Of a stretch of DNA of 64,000 bases, positions 27,529 to 35,728 are shown piece by piece. The notes beneath the pieces are model-generated. The model saw nothing but the letters and a program-made list of their open reading frames with translations. It was not told where the DNA came from and ran no database searches. Each line of letters starts with the position of its first letter. Within the stretch, counting starts at the first letter, position 1. The position numbers were made by a program, and so were the translations under genes. Origin of the DNA: Bryobacterales bacterium (GTDB taxonomy: Bacteria > Acidobacteriota > Terriglobia > Bryobacterales > UBA6623); assembly GCA_965216545.1 (NCBI GenBank), contig OZ244172.1:5473625-5537624 (forward strand), given 5' to 3'.

Positions 27529-27557
27529 ATTATGGCCGGATGGGCCGGGGATCGCAA
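27529..27557 (-). promoter_or_regulatory. sigma70-like promoter for the PSD1 gene
   Basis: Minus strand: TTGCGA - 17 nt - CATAAT, with 16 nt and no SD between the -10 and the GTG at 27512. Confidence 0.4.
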
Positions 27558-27667
27558 TCGGGGCAGAGGATCGGACACGGCATGGCGCTGAGCTGTCCAG
27601 ATGATATGTAGCAGTGATTCGCCGTGGGCGAGAGCGTAGCGAGTCCCTCGTTGGTGGCGTTGTAGGC

Positions 27668-27907
27668 CTAGCCCGATCGATCGCCGAACAGCTCGCTGGC
27701 TTCGCTCTCCGTGAGCTGGCAGTCCCTCATGATTTGATGGAACAGGCCCGGGCCGATCGTCTCGCGGGCGTGGACCGGCACAACCGTCCTGCGGCCGTCG
27801 GGATGCCGCAGCAGGTGGTGGCTGCCACGAACTCGGATGATTTCGAAACCGGCGCGTCCAAGGGCGGACACCAACTCTTTGCCAGTGACACGAGGCGCCC
27901 GGCTCAC
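27668..27907 (-). CDS. hicA: HicA-family mRNA interferase toxin
   Basis: GTG at 27907 overlaps the hicB stop (GTGA). KELVSALGRAGFEIIRVRGSHHLLRHPDGRRTVVPVH. Confidence 0.8.
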   Translation of the reverse strand: MSRAPRVTGKELVSALGRAGFEIIRVRGSHHLLRHPDGRRTVVPVHARETIGPGLFHQIMRDCQLTESEASELFGDRSG

Positions 27908-28125
27908 GCGGCGTCCGCAATCGTGATCCGCTGGATTCCAACGAACTCGACGTCGTCTGGCAAGGCATCTTCCGCCTGCAAACACAGCTCGATCGCTTCG
28001 CGGATCCGCACCGTAACCTCGTCGAGAGAGCGCGCCTGAGTATGGCAGCCAGGCAGCCGCGGGACGTGGGCGACGTAGAATCCGTCCCCGTCCCGCTCGA
28101 TCACTACATCGAATTGTCTGGGCAT
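27904..28125 (-). CDS. hicB: HicB-family antitoxin (short form)
   Basis: 73 aa. FDVVIERDGDGFYVAHVPRLPGCHTQARSLDEVTVRIREAIELCL. Confidence 0.85.
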   Translation of the reverse strand: MPRQFDVVIERDGDGFYVAHVPRLPGCHTQARSLDEVTVRIREAIELCLQAEDALPDDVEFVGIQRITIADAA

Positions 28126-28213
28126 TACTTTCTTTCGTCATTCTATGCGATCCAGCCCGCAGCCGCGACCTCAGCCGGGACGGTCGCACAGCCCTGCTAG
28201 ACTGGCGTCTCGC

Positions 28214-29344
28214 ATGTCGAGGCGCTGTTGGATCGTGGCGCTCTGCGGCGCCGGGCTCGCTCTGGCGTGGCAGACGTTCCTCGTCTACGGCCTCTATGGC
28301 GGGGATTGGTCCGGGCTCTTCTACACCGGCTCGGAGGTCGCGCTCCCGCCCGCCATCGCAGCCGAAGATCCCGCCCGCGCTCCGGACGCGGTCGGCTTCG
28401 ACGGCCAGTTCTACCACGTCGTCGCGCACGCGCCCACGCCGCCCGCCGACTCCGCGGCTTACGTCGACAACCCCGGGCTGCGTTGGCGGAGAATCCTGGT
28501 TCCCGGGCTGGCCCATGCATTGGCGTTTGGGCGAGACTCCGGAGTCGATTCAGCCTACCTCGCCGTGGTATTGGCGTTCACCGCGGCCGGCGTATGGTGG
28601 GCGGCTGAGCTCGCTGTGCGCCACGGCGCCTCCGCCTGGCTCGGGCTGGTGTTTTTGCTGGCGCCGGCGACGTTCATCTCGCTCGAACGAATGGCGGTGG
28701 ATGTAGCGCTGGCGGCATTGTGCGTCGGCTTCGCCGTGCGCGTCCAACAGGACAAAGAGATCCCTTTCTACGCCGTGCTGACGCTGGCGCCGCTGGCGCG
28801 CGAAACCGGGATCGCGCTTGCGGGCGCGTGGCTGCTGGCCCAGCGCAGCGGGCGCGCGGCCTTGCTGGCCGCGGCCTCGCTCGCGCCGCTCGCCGCTTGG
28901 TCGCTCTACCTGCACAGCCGCACGCCGGCGGATGCAACCGCTTGGTTTACCGGGCTGCCCTTCGCGGGGCTGGTGTTGCGGACCCTCGAACCCATGCCCG
29001 AGGCGGCGCCGACCTGGGGCCTTCAGCTAGCGTCGGGCCTCGACTACCTGGCCTTGCTCGGAGTGTGGGCGGCGATCGTACGAACCGCCCTCGAGCTCCG
29101 GCGAGCGCCGCGACAGCCATTGGCGTTGGCCGCGGCGCTCACCCTGGCAATCTTCGCCTTCCTCGCCAAAGAAGACATCTGGCTGCACGCCTACGGCTTC
29201 GCGCGGACGCTCTCGCCCGCGCTGCTGTTGTTGGCGCTGCTCGGGCTCGAGCGACGCCGCGCAGCGCTGGCCCTGCCCTTGGCGCTCACGGTCCCGCGCA
29301 TGCTCTACCAGGCGCTGTTGCTCGCGAAGAGCGCCCGCTTCTGA
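28214..29344 (+). CDS. polytopic membrane protein of unknown function
   Basis: Start reset to MSRRCWIVALCGAGLALAW. About 9-10 hydrophobic segments; periplasmic-loop motif GFDGQFYHVVA. Possibly a glycopolymer-related membrane protein, but this is not verifiable here. Confidence 0.55.
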   Translation: MSRRCWIVALCGAGLALAWQTFLVYGLYGGDWSGLFYTGSEVALPPAIAAEDPARAPDAVGFDGQFYHVVAHAPTPPADSAAYVDNPGLRWRRILVPGLAHALAFGRDSGVDSAYLAVVLAFTAAGVWWAAELAVRHGASAWLGLVFLLAPATFISLERMAVDVALAALCVGFAVRVQQDKEIPFYAVLTLAPLARETGIALAGAWLLAQRSGRAALLAAASLAPLAAWSLYLHSRTPADATAWFTGLPFAGLVLRTLEPMPEAAPTWGLQLASGLDYLALLGVWAAIVRTALELRRAPRQPLALAAALTLAIFAFLAKEDIWLHAYGFARTLSPALLLLALLGLERRRAALALPLALTVPRMLYQALLLAKSARF

Positions 29345-29354
29345 TCGCGAGCAC

Positions 29355-30707
29355 TTACGACGCCCGGTCGGCGGGGACGGGTGGAGCTGGAGGAGCCTTC
29401 GCCCGTCCCGCGGCGGACCAGTCGATGTTGCGCGTCAGGTACATGATGGCCGCCAGCGCCGCGAACAGCAGCAGCGAGCCTGCCAGCAAAGCGTAGTCCT
29501 CGAGCTGCAAAATCAGATACAGACATCCGTAAAGCGCCGCGATGACGCCGCCCACCGACGCCGCCCGCATCCACGAGCCCAGCACCGGCTTCGCATAGCC
29601 GGTCACCAGGGCGACGATCGGCGCCGCGGCCAACAGATAGGCTGTGTTGAACCCAAGGTGCTCGCCGAGGGAGAGCTCGAGCAGATAGAACAAACACAAC
29701 GCGGCGCCGATCAAGGCGTACTCGATGAAGTGAACTCGCGCCCCGCCCAACGCCTCGAACAGCCAGATCACCGTGAACGTCAAGGCGAGAAAGAGAATGG
29801 CGTATTTGATGGAACGCTCGGTCTGGCGGTAGGCGTCGACCGGCGCGATCAGGTCCACGCCAAACAGCGACATATTGATCTTCGACGGGTCGCCGTCGCC
29901 CACCCACTTTTCCGGATAGCTGCGTCCTAAATAGGGAATGCTCCAGTCCGCGGTGAAGCTCTGCGGCTGGACGTCGCGCTCGCGCGGCAACCATGCGCCC
30001 TGAAAGCTCGGATCGCCCCAATCGGCCGAGAGGCGCACGCTGGTCTCGCGGCCCAGCGGCGCGAAGCGAATGGCCTGGCTGCCGTTGAGGCTGAGGTCGA
30101 TGGAAAACTCGATCTCCTCCTCGAACGCCTCGCCAATGGAAGCGTGAATGCCCGGACGCGGGCTTTGGCGCGCGCCTAGGCCGGGCTCGAAGTCGATACC
30201 GCGCTCGCCCCACTGCAGGCGCGCCGCGTTCTGAATCGCCCTCGCATCGAAGATCTCGAAAACGATCTCGGCGGCTTCCCAGCGCAGGTCGTCTTCCTCG
30301 ATCACCCAATCGGAGACGTCAGGCGGCTGGAACGCCCCGGTGATCGTCAAGTCGGTCGTGTACACCGGCGCCTCGAAGATGCCGCGGTGGCGCGATTCCA
30401 CCTCGAGGCCGCCCTCCACGTTAAGCCGCGAGGGCAGGAAAGAGCCGTGCAAGATGACGGTTCGGATGTTCTCGACGCCCTTCTCGTCCACATAAAGTTG
30501 CTCGTAGCGGTAAGGCACGACGAGAAACGGTCCCACGAGCTCCTGCCGCTGACCCCAACTCTCGGCAATCTCGCGCACGGCCTGGTCGCGGGTGCGGTCG
30601 CGCTCCCAGGCGATGGCGTTGATCAGAAAGATCGGGATCTGCAAACCCAGGGCAAGCGCTCCGACGATGACGAGCCGTAGGGCCGGCGAAGACATGATGT
30701 TGGCCAT
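29355..30707 (-). CDS. creD: cell envelope integrity protein CreD
   Basis: 450 aa. N-terminal TM segment, large periplasmic part, C-terminal cluster of TM segments (IKYAILFLALTFTVIWLFE...), CreD-like overall. Confidence 0.8.
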   Translation of the reverse strand: MANIMSSPALRLVIVGALALGLQIPIFLINAIAWERDRTRDQAVREIAESWGQRQELVGPFLVVPYRYEQLYVDEKGVENIRTVILHGSFLPSRLNVEGGLEVESRHRGIFEAPVYTTDLTITGAFQPPDVSDWVIEEDDLRWEAAEIVFEIFDARAIQNAARLQWGERGIDFEPGLGARQSPRPGIHASIGEAFEEEIEFSIDLSLNGSQAIRFAPLGRETSVRLSADWGDPSFQGAWLPRERDVQPQSFTADWSIPYLGRSYPEKWVGDGDPSKINMSLFGVDLIAPVDAYRQTERSIKYAILFLALTFTVIWLFEALGGARVHFIEYALIGAALCLFYLLELSLGEHLGFNTAYLLAAAPIVALVTGYAKPVLGSWMRAASVGGVIAALYGCLYLILQLEDYALLAGSLLLFAALAAIMYLTRNIDWSAAGRAKAPPAPPVPADRAS

Positions 30708-30762
30708 TGAGGTGATCCTGCCACGAAGTACTTTGTTATGTCAAGTAGCGATAATCGGGAGC

Positions 30763-31527
30763 ATGCTTTTTGCCGTCGATGTCGGCAATACGAACCTGAC
30801 GCTGGGTGTGTTTCGCGACCGCGAGCTCGCCGGCCACTGGCGGCTGAAGACCGACCGCGAGCAGACGGTGGACGGCTGGGGCGTGCTGTTCCGCAACTTG
30901 CTGTCGTTGGGCGGCTTGAGTCTCGACGCGATCGAGGGCATGGTGGTTTCCTCGGTGGCGCCCAGCTTGGATGACTCGCTACGCCAGATGGCGGACCGTT
31001 ACCTTCAACGGACGCCTCTGTTCGTCACCGCCGACACCGACACTGGCCTTAGGATTCGCATCGACAACCCGGCTGAGCTGGGCGCGGACCGCATCGTAAA
31101 CTCGGTGGCCGCTCACGCGCGCTTCGGGGGGCCTTGCGTGGCGGTCGACTTCGGTACGGCGATCAACTTCGACGTGATTTCGCGTGACGCGGAGTACCTG
31201 GGCGGCCTGCTGTGTCCGGGGCTGAGCGTCTCCGCCGAGGCGTTGTTCCGGCGCACCGCTCGGCTGCCACAGGTCGAGATTCGCAAACCAGAGGGGCTGA
31301 TCGGCAAGAACACCGTGCATGCGCTCGAGTCGGGCTTCTACCACGGCGCGCTGGGCCTGCTGGACGGAATTTTGGAGCGCCTGATCGAGCAGCTTGGCGA
31401 AGAGACGAAAGTCGTCGCGACCGGCGGTCAAGCTGGCGTAATTTGCCCGGCCTCGCGGTACGTCCAGGCCGTCGAGGAACACTTGACGCTAGACGGGCTG
31501 CGACTGATCTGGGAGAGGAATAGCTAG
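30763..31527 (+). CDS. coaX: type III pantothenate kinase
   Basis: Start reset to MLFAVDVGNTNLTLGVF. GADRIVNSVAA, AVDFGTAINFD. Confidence 0.9.
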   Translation: MLFAVDVGNTNLTLGVFRDRELAGHWRLKTDREQTVDGWGVLFRNLLSLGGLSLDAIEGMVVSSVAPSLDDSLRQMADRYLQRTPLFVTADTDTGLRIRIDNPAELGADRIVNSVAAHARFGGPCVAVDFGTAINFDVISRDAEYLGGLLCPGLSVSAEALFRRTARLPQVEIRKPEGLIGKNTVHALESGFYHGALGLLDGILERLIEQLGEETKVVATGGQAGVICPASRYVQAVEEHLTLDGLRLIWERNS

Positions 31528-31916
31528 GCCGCCCGTTGCGTGGGCACGTCTTCGCAGGCCAGTAGGTTCGGGTCGGCGGTCAACAAGGTGAGCCCGAGCA
31601 CCCGCGCCGTCGCGCCGAGCAGGCGGTCGGCCATGTCGCCGGCGGGCAAGCTCACCGCACGAGCCTCGAGCGCAATCTCGTTCGTCACGTAGGCTTCGCG
31701 GCACGGCAACTCGCGCAGCGCGGTCTCGGTCCAGCGCTCCAGAGTGTCATCGAGCAATACTCGTCGTTGGGAGTACAGGAGGTTGAGCTCCCAAAGACTT
31801 ACAGGAGAAAGCCAAAGCTCATTCGAGGGATCTTCGAGGGCTCTGCGAGCGCGCTTCTTGAGCTTGCCGCCGCCGATGGCCCAGAGCCAGACGTGGGTGT
31901 CGAGCAGCAGCTTCAC
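31524..31916 (-). CDS. vapC: PIN-domain toxin VapC
   Basis: GTG at 31916 overlaps the antitoxin stop (GTGA). (M)KLLLDTHVWLW...DMADRLLGATARVLGLTLLTADPNL. Confidence 0.8.
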   Translation of the reverse strand: MKLLLDTHVWLWAIGGGKLKKRARRALEDPSNELWLSPVSLWELNLLYSQRRVLLDDTLERWTETALRELPCREAYVTNEIALEARAVSLPAGDMADRLLGATARVLGLTLLTADPNLLACEDVPTQRAA

Positions 31917-32155
31917 CAGCGCACCTCGCGCCGCCTTCCTCCGCGCTCCGGCGACGCCACGATGTCGCCCGCCAGCTCGATGCTGTGCGCCAGCCCGCCG
32001 AGCTTGCGTTTGTCCGACGACGGCGGTTCGGGCGGAACGATCTGTGCGATCGGTTTGCCGAAGCGCGTAATCAGGATAGGCTCCCGCGTCTTGCGAACCT
32101 CTTCGAGCAGAGCAAGGCATGTAGCCTTGAATTTCGAGATCGCGACGCGCTCCAT
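31913..32155 (-). CDS. Phd/YefM-family antitoxin
   Basis: 80 aa. MERVAISKFKATCLALLEEVRKTREPILITRFGKPIAQIVP. Confidence 0.8.
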   Translation of the reverse strand: MERVAISKFKATCLALLEEVRKTREPILITRFGKPIAQIVPPEPPSSDKRKLGGLAHSIELAGDIVASPERGGRRREVRW

Positions 32156-32266
32156 AGCTGGACGATCCTACCATGGTCAAAGACCATGGTCAACTTCGGG
32201 CAACTTCCTCCAGTTCAAGGCATTAGGCTTTGGACTTACATTCCTTCACGAGGATGTTTTGGATCT

Positions 32267-32905
32267 CTAGAACGGCGCTGTGGCTGCATGTTTGACCGCG
32301 GCTTCGAAGTCGTCCAGCGCGCCGCCGAAGAAGTGGTCCTTGGCTTCGATCCAGACTAGCTTCTTGGGTTCCGGCATCGTCGTGAAGACCTCGTCCATGC
32401 GCTCCCGGGAACCGTACTCGTCCTGGGTCGAGTGGATGAAGTAGCGCGGGCAACCGCAGCTCGCCAAAAAGCCGAACGAAGCGCGGTCGACGGGCACGCC
32501 GCAGCCGATCACGCGCTCGACGGCGGGATCGCTGCAAGCGACCCTCAGGCTCATCGACGAGCCGAAGCTGAAGCCGGCCAGCACGAGCGGCAGCCCCGGG
32601 TAGCGGTCGCGCATGCAGGCGACGGCGGCGCGGACGTCGTCTTGCTCGCCTTTGCCATGGTCATGCTCGCCTTGGCTCTGCCCGACTCCGCGGAAGTTGA
32701 AGCGCAGCACCGCGGCGCCGGTCTCGCGCAATCCGCGCGCGAGCCGAAAGACGACCTTGTTGTGCAACGTGCCGCCAAAGAGCGGATGCGGATGGCAGAC
32801 CACGGCGACGCGCTCGATCTTGGTCCCCTCTTCGGGACCTTCGTGCAGGGCTTCCAGGCGGCCGGCCGGACCGGCCAGGAACGTCGTCTCGAGTAGGCGC
32901 GCCAT
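32267..32905 (-). CDS. alpha/beta-fold hydrolase
   Basis: Start reset to the ATG at 32905 (ATGA overlap with the yajQ stop). VVCHPHPLFGGTLHNKV, nucleophile elbow GFSFGS. Confidence 0.8.
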   Translation of the reverse strand: MARLLETTFLAGPAGRLEALHEGPEEGTKIERVAVVCHPHPLFGGTLHNKVVFRLARGLRETGAAVLRFNFRGVGQSQGEHDHGKGEQDDVRAAVACMRDRYPGLPLVLAGFSFGSSMSLRVACSDPAVERVIGCGVPVDRASFGFLASCGCPRYFIHSTQDEYGSRERMDEVFTTMPEPKKLVWIEAKDHFFGGALDDFEAAVKHAATAPF

Positions 32906-33408
32906 CAGTTCGAGCGGTAGTTGGTGAACTGCATGTCGATGCCGAAGTCCTGCTCTTTGAGCGTCGCGATCACCTTCTGCAGGTTGTCGCGGTCGGGCCC
33001 GGAGATGCGCACCTGGTCGCCCTGGATCGAGGCTTGGACCTTCTTGAGCTTGAGGTCCTTGACGGTCTTCACGATCGCGCGGCCTTTCTCGACCGGGATG
33101 CCCTGCTGCAGCTTCACTTCTTGCACCACCCGACCGCTGGCGGCGGGCTCGATCTTGCCGTACTCGAAGGCTTTGAGCGGAACTTTGCGACGTACGAGCT
33201 TCTCTTCGAGGACCTGCCGGACTTGCTTGATGGTGTACTCGTCCTGCGAGCGCAGCGTGAGCTTGGGCGTCGCTTCGTCGAGCTCGACCTCGCTTTTGGT
33301 GGGCTTGAGGTCGAAACGCGTACCGAGCTCCTTGTTCGCTTGCATGACGGCGTTCTTGACTTCGGGGAGCTCGAGCTGCGAGACGACGTCGAAAGTATTT
33401 TGCGCCAT
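32905..33408 (-). CDS. yajQ: YajQ-family nucleotide / c-di-GMP-binding protein
   Basis: 167 aa. FDVVSQLELPEVKNAVMQANKELGTRFDLK ... FGIDMQFTNYR. Confidence 0.92.
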   Translation of the reverse strand: MAQNTFDVVSQLELPEVKNAVMQANKELGTRFDLKPTKSEVELDEATPKLTLRSQDEYTIKQVRQVLEEKLVRRKVPLKAFEYGKIEPAASGRVVQEVKLQQGIPVEKGRAIVKTVKDLKLKKVQASIQGDQVRISGPDRDNLQKVIATLKEQDFGIDMQFTNYRSN

Positions 33409-33435
33409 GATGAAGTTCTCTCGATTCTCGCAGAT

Positions 33436-34752
33436 TCAAGCGTCTCGAACGATCGCAGCCGCGTGGCGCTGCACCTTGCGAAACGCCTCGGCGATCTGCT
33501 CCATGGCGCGCTTGTTGGCGAGCAGGGTGGTCTGGCCGAACCAGAAGGCGCGTTCGCAGAGGCGGTCGTTGGCGGGGGTGTGGTTGCGCTCTCGCCATTC
33601 CGAGATCCGCTTATCGGGATAGATCGACCGAAACGCCCGCGAAGCGAAGGTCTGGTTGAGGAAGTCGGCGCGGTTGAGCGGCGAGTAGCCGCCGGAGAGC
33701 GGCGCGCCTTCGGCTTGCATCGCTTCCTGGAGCTTGGCCTTCGACATGCCGGCAAAGGCGGCCGGGTCGTAGCGCAGCATGTAGAGGTGGTAGGCGTTGC
33801 GCGTGCAGCCCTGATGCACGGCGGCCGGCTCGATGCCGGGGACCCCGGCGAGCAACTTGTCGAGGCGGGCGGCGTTCGCGCTGCGGCGCTTGGCTTGCGC
33901 TTCGATGCGCTCGGTTTGGGTGAGCAGCAGGGAGGCTTGAAGCTCGGTCATGCGCAGGTTGCAGCCGTGGCCGGCGCGGGCTCCCTCGGTCGACCCATGC
34001 AGGGCGGCGCCGTTGTTGTGGAAGGCGCTGGCGGCTTGCGCGAGGCGCTCGTCGTTGGTGGTCAGGCAGCCGCCTTCGCCGCAGTTGAGGTTCTTCGACG
34101 CCTGAAAGCTGAAGCAGCCAGCGTCGCCGTGAGCGCCGACGGGTTTACCGCGCCACTCGGCCAAATGGGCTTGGCAAGCGTCTTCGACGACGGCAATGTC
34201 GTAGCGATTGGCGATGCGCAACACGGCGTCGAGATCGCACGGCGCGCCGGCGATGTGCACCGGTAGGATGGCGCGGGTGCGCGGCGTGAGCGCGGCTTCG
34301 ATCTTGGTCGCGTCGATCTGGTGCGTGCGCGGATCGCTATCGACGAAAACCGGCAAGGCGTGGTGCAGCAGCACGGCGTTGACGGTGGCGATGAAGGTGT
34401 AGGGCGGAACGATCACTTCATCGCCGGGGCCGATCTCGAGCGCGGCCAGGGCGGCGTAGAGCGCAGTGGTTCCGCCGTTGGTCGCAACCGCGTGGCGAAC
34501 GCCGAGGCGCTCGGCCCACTGGCGCTCGAACGCGCTCACGCGGTCGCCGCCGCGCCGATACCACTCCCGCGATCGCAATGTGGCAAGCAGCCCGCGCTCG
34601 TCGTTGGATTCGATACGCGGCCATTCAGGAAAGGGCTCTTGGCGCACCGGCTCGCCGCCGAGAATGGCCGGCTTGGAGGCGGCGCCGCGGGCGGCGAGCG
34701 CCGTTGACGCCGCGCCGAGAAAGATGCGTCGGGAGAGCATGGCGCGGCTCAT
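33436..34752 (-). CDS. DegT/DnrJ/EryC1/StrS-family PLP aminotransferase with Tat-like signal
   Basis: Start reset to MSRAMLSRRIFLGAASTALAARGAAS. ATNGGTTALYAAL, FSFQASKNL (PLP lysine context). Confidence 0.85.
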   Translation of the reverse strand: MSRAMLSRRIFLGAASTALAARGAASKPAILGGEPVRQEPFPEWPRIESNDERGLLATLRSREWYRRGGDRVSAFERQWAERLGVRHAVATNGGTTALYAALAALEIGPGDEVIVPPYTFIATVNAVLLHHALPVFVDSDPRTHQIDATKIEAALTPRTRAILPVHIAGAPCDLDAVLRIANRYDIAVVEDACQAHLAEWRGKPVGAHGDAGCFSFQASKNLNCGEGGCLTTNDERLAQAASAFHNNGAALHGSTEGARAGHGCNLRMTELQASLLLTQTERIEAQAKRRSANAARLDKLLAGVPGIEPAAVHQGCTRNAYHLYMLRYDPAAFAGMSKAKLQEAMQAEGAPLSGGYSPLNRADFLNQTFASRAFRSIYPDKRISEWRERNHTPANDRLCERAFWFGQTTLLANKRAMEQIAEAFRKVQRHAAAIVRDA

Positions 34753-34770
34753 GATAGCATCGGCCAAGCG

Positions 34771-35160
34771 ATGACGACGGTGGCGGCGGGGATTCTGCTC
34801 AGGGACGGCAACGTGCTGGCTTGCCGGCGGCGCCCCGACCAGCAGCACGCTGGCAAATGGGAGTTTCCCGGCGGCAAAGTGGAGGCGGGCGAGACGCCCG
34901 CGGAGGCCCTCGAGCGCGAGCTGCGCGAGGAGCTCGGGATTGAGGCGAAGATCGGCCGCGAGCTCGAGCGATACACGTTTGCGTATCCGGGCAAGGCGGC
35001 GATCTTGCTCGTGTTCCTGCGCGTCGAGCAGTGGGCGGGAGAGCTCGACGGGTCGTTCTTTGCCGAGACCTGTTGGCGCGCGCCGGCCGGTCTGCGCGAG
35101 CTCGACTTCCTCGCCGGCGACGAGCCGTTTCTCGAGCGGGTGTCCTCTTTGGAGAGCTGA
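34771..35160 (+). CDS. NUDIX hydrolase (MutT-like)
   Basis: 129 aa. Nudix box GKWEFPGGKVEAGETPAEALERELREELGI. Confidence 0.85.
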   Translation: MTTVAAGILLRDGNVLACRRRPDQQHAGKWEFPGGKVEAGETPAEALERELREELGIEAKIGRELERYTFAYPGKAAILLVFLRVEQWAGELDGSFFAETCWRAPAGLRELDFLAGDEPFLERVSSLES

Positions 35161-35195
35161 TTACGCATCAGTTGTTGAAGGGAGGACGACTCGCG

Positions 35196-35384
35196 ATGCG
35201 ACTGGGACGACGAGAGGCCGGGCGGACGTTGGCGGCGGCGGGAGTCGGGCTGGCGAGCGTGGTGTGGGCGGTGGTGCAGGCGGCCCAAGGCGACTGGGCG
35301 TTCTATGCGTTGGCTTTGGCGCTGACGGTGGCGACGAACTTGACCGTGGCCGAGATTTCCGGCGGGAAGGTGCGGAAACTCTGA
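35196..35384 (+). CDS. possible small membrane protein
   Basis: 62 aa. Strong SD GGGAGGA 9 nt before the ATG. Two hydrophobic stretches (AAAGVGLASVVWAVV; FYALALALTVATNL). No homology recognised. Confidence 0.3.
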   Translation: MRLGRREAGRTLAAAGVGLASVVWAVVQAAQGDWAFYALALALTVATNLTVAEISGGKVRKL

Positions 35385-35728
35385 CAAAACCGGACATTCT
35401 CGGACATTTTTTAGGCGCGAGGCGCAGGCTCGCGCTCGCGCCTCGGCGGGGCCCAATTCCAGGATACAGGGCGGGTGCAAGGTCACCGCGCGCGGTGGGA
35501 CCGTAAGTGGTTGCGCCGTCGCGGTTTGAAGAATTTCAAAGTGCTGTGACGGTACGCGCCGCTCATTGTTGACCGCACCCATGCCCAGGACTGCGCGGCA
35601 ACCGCCAGTCCATCTTCCTCGCCGACGCCGATCGGCGAACCTTCTTCGAGCGCCTCCAGCGGGACTGCCAAACCGGCGACGGGGGACCGCCGTTGCCGAC
35701 GGTCCCCGCGTTGGGTTGGGGTGACTTC

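Noticed and set aside
27513-27968. Upstream extension of the PSD1 ORF to 1162 aa
   Set aside because: The extension overlaps hicA and an intergenic promoter-like region and has no family similarity. The signal peptide starts at the GTG at 27512.
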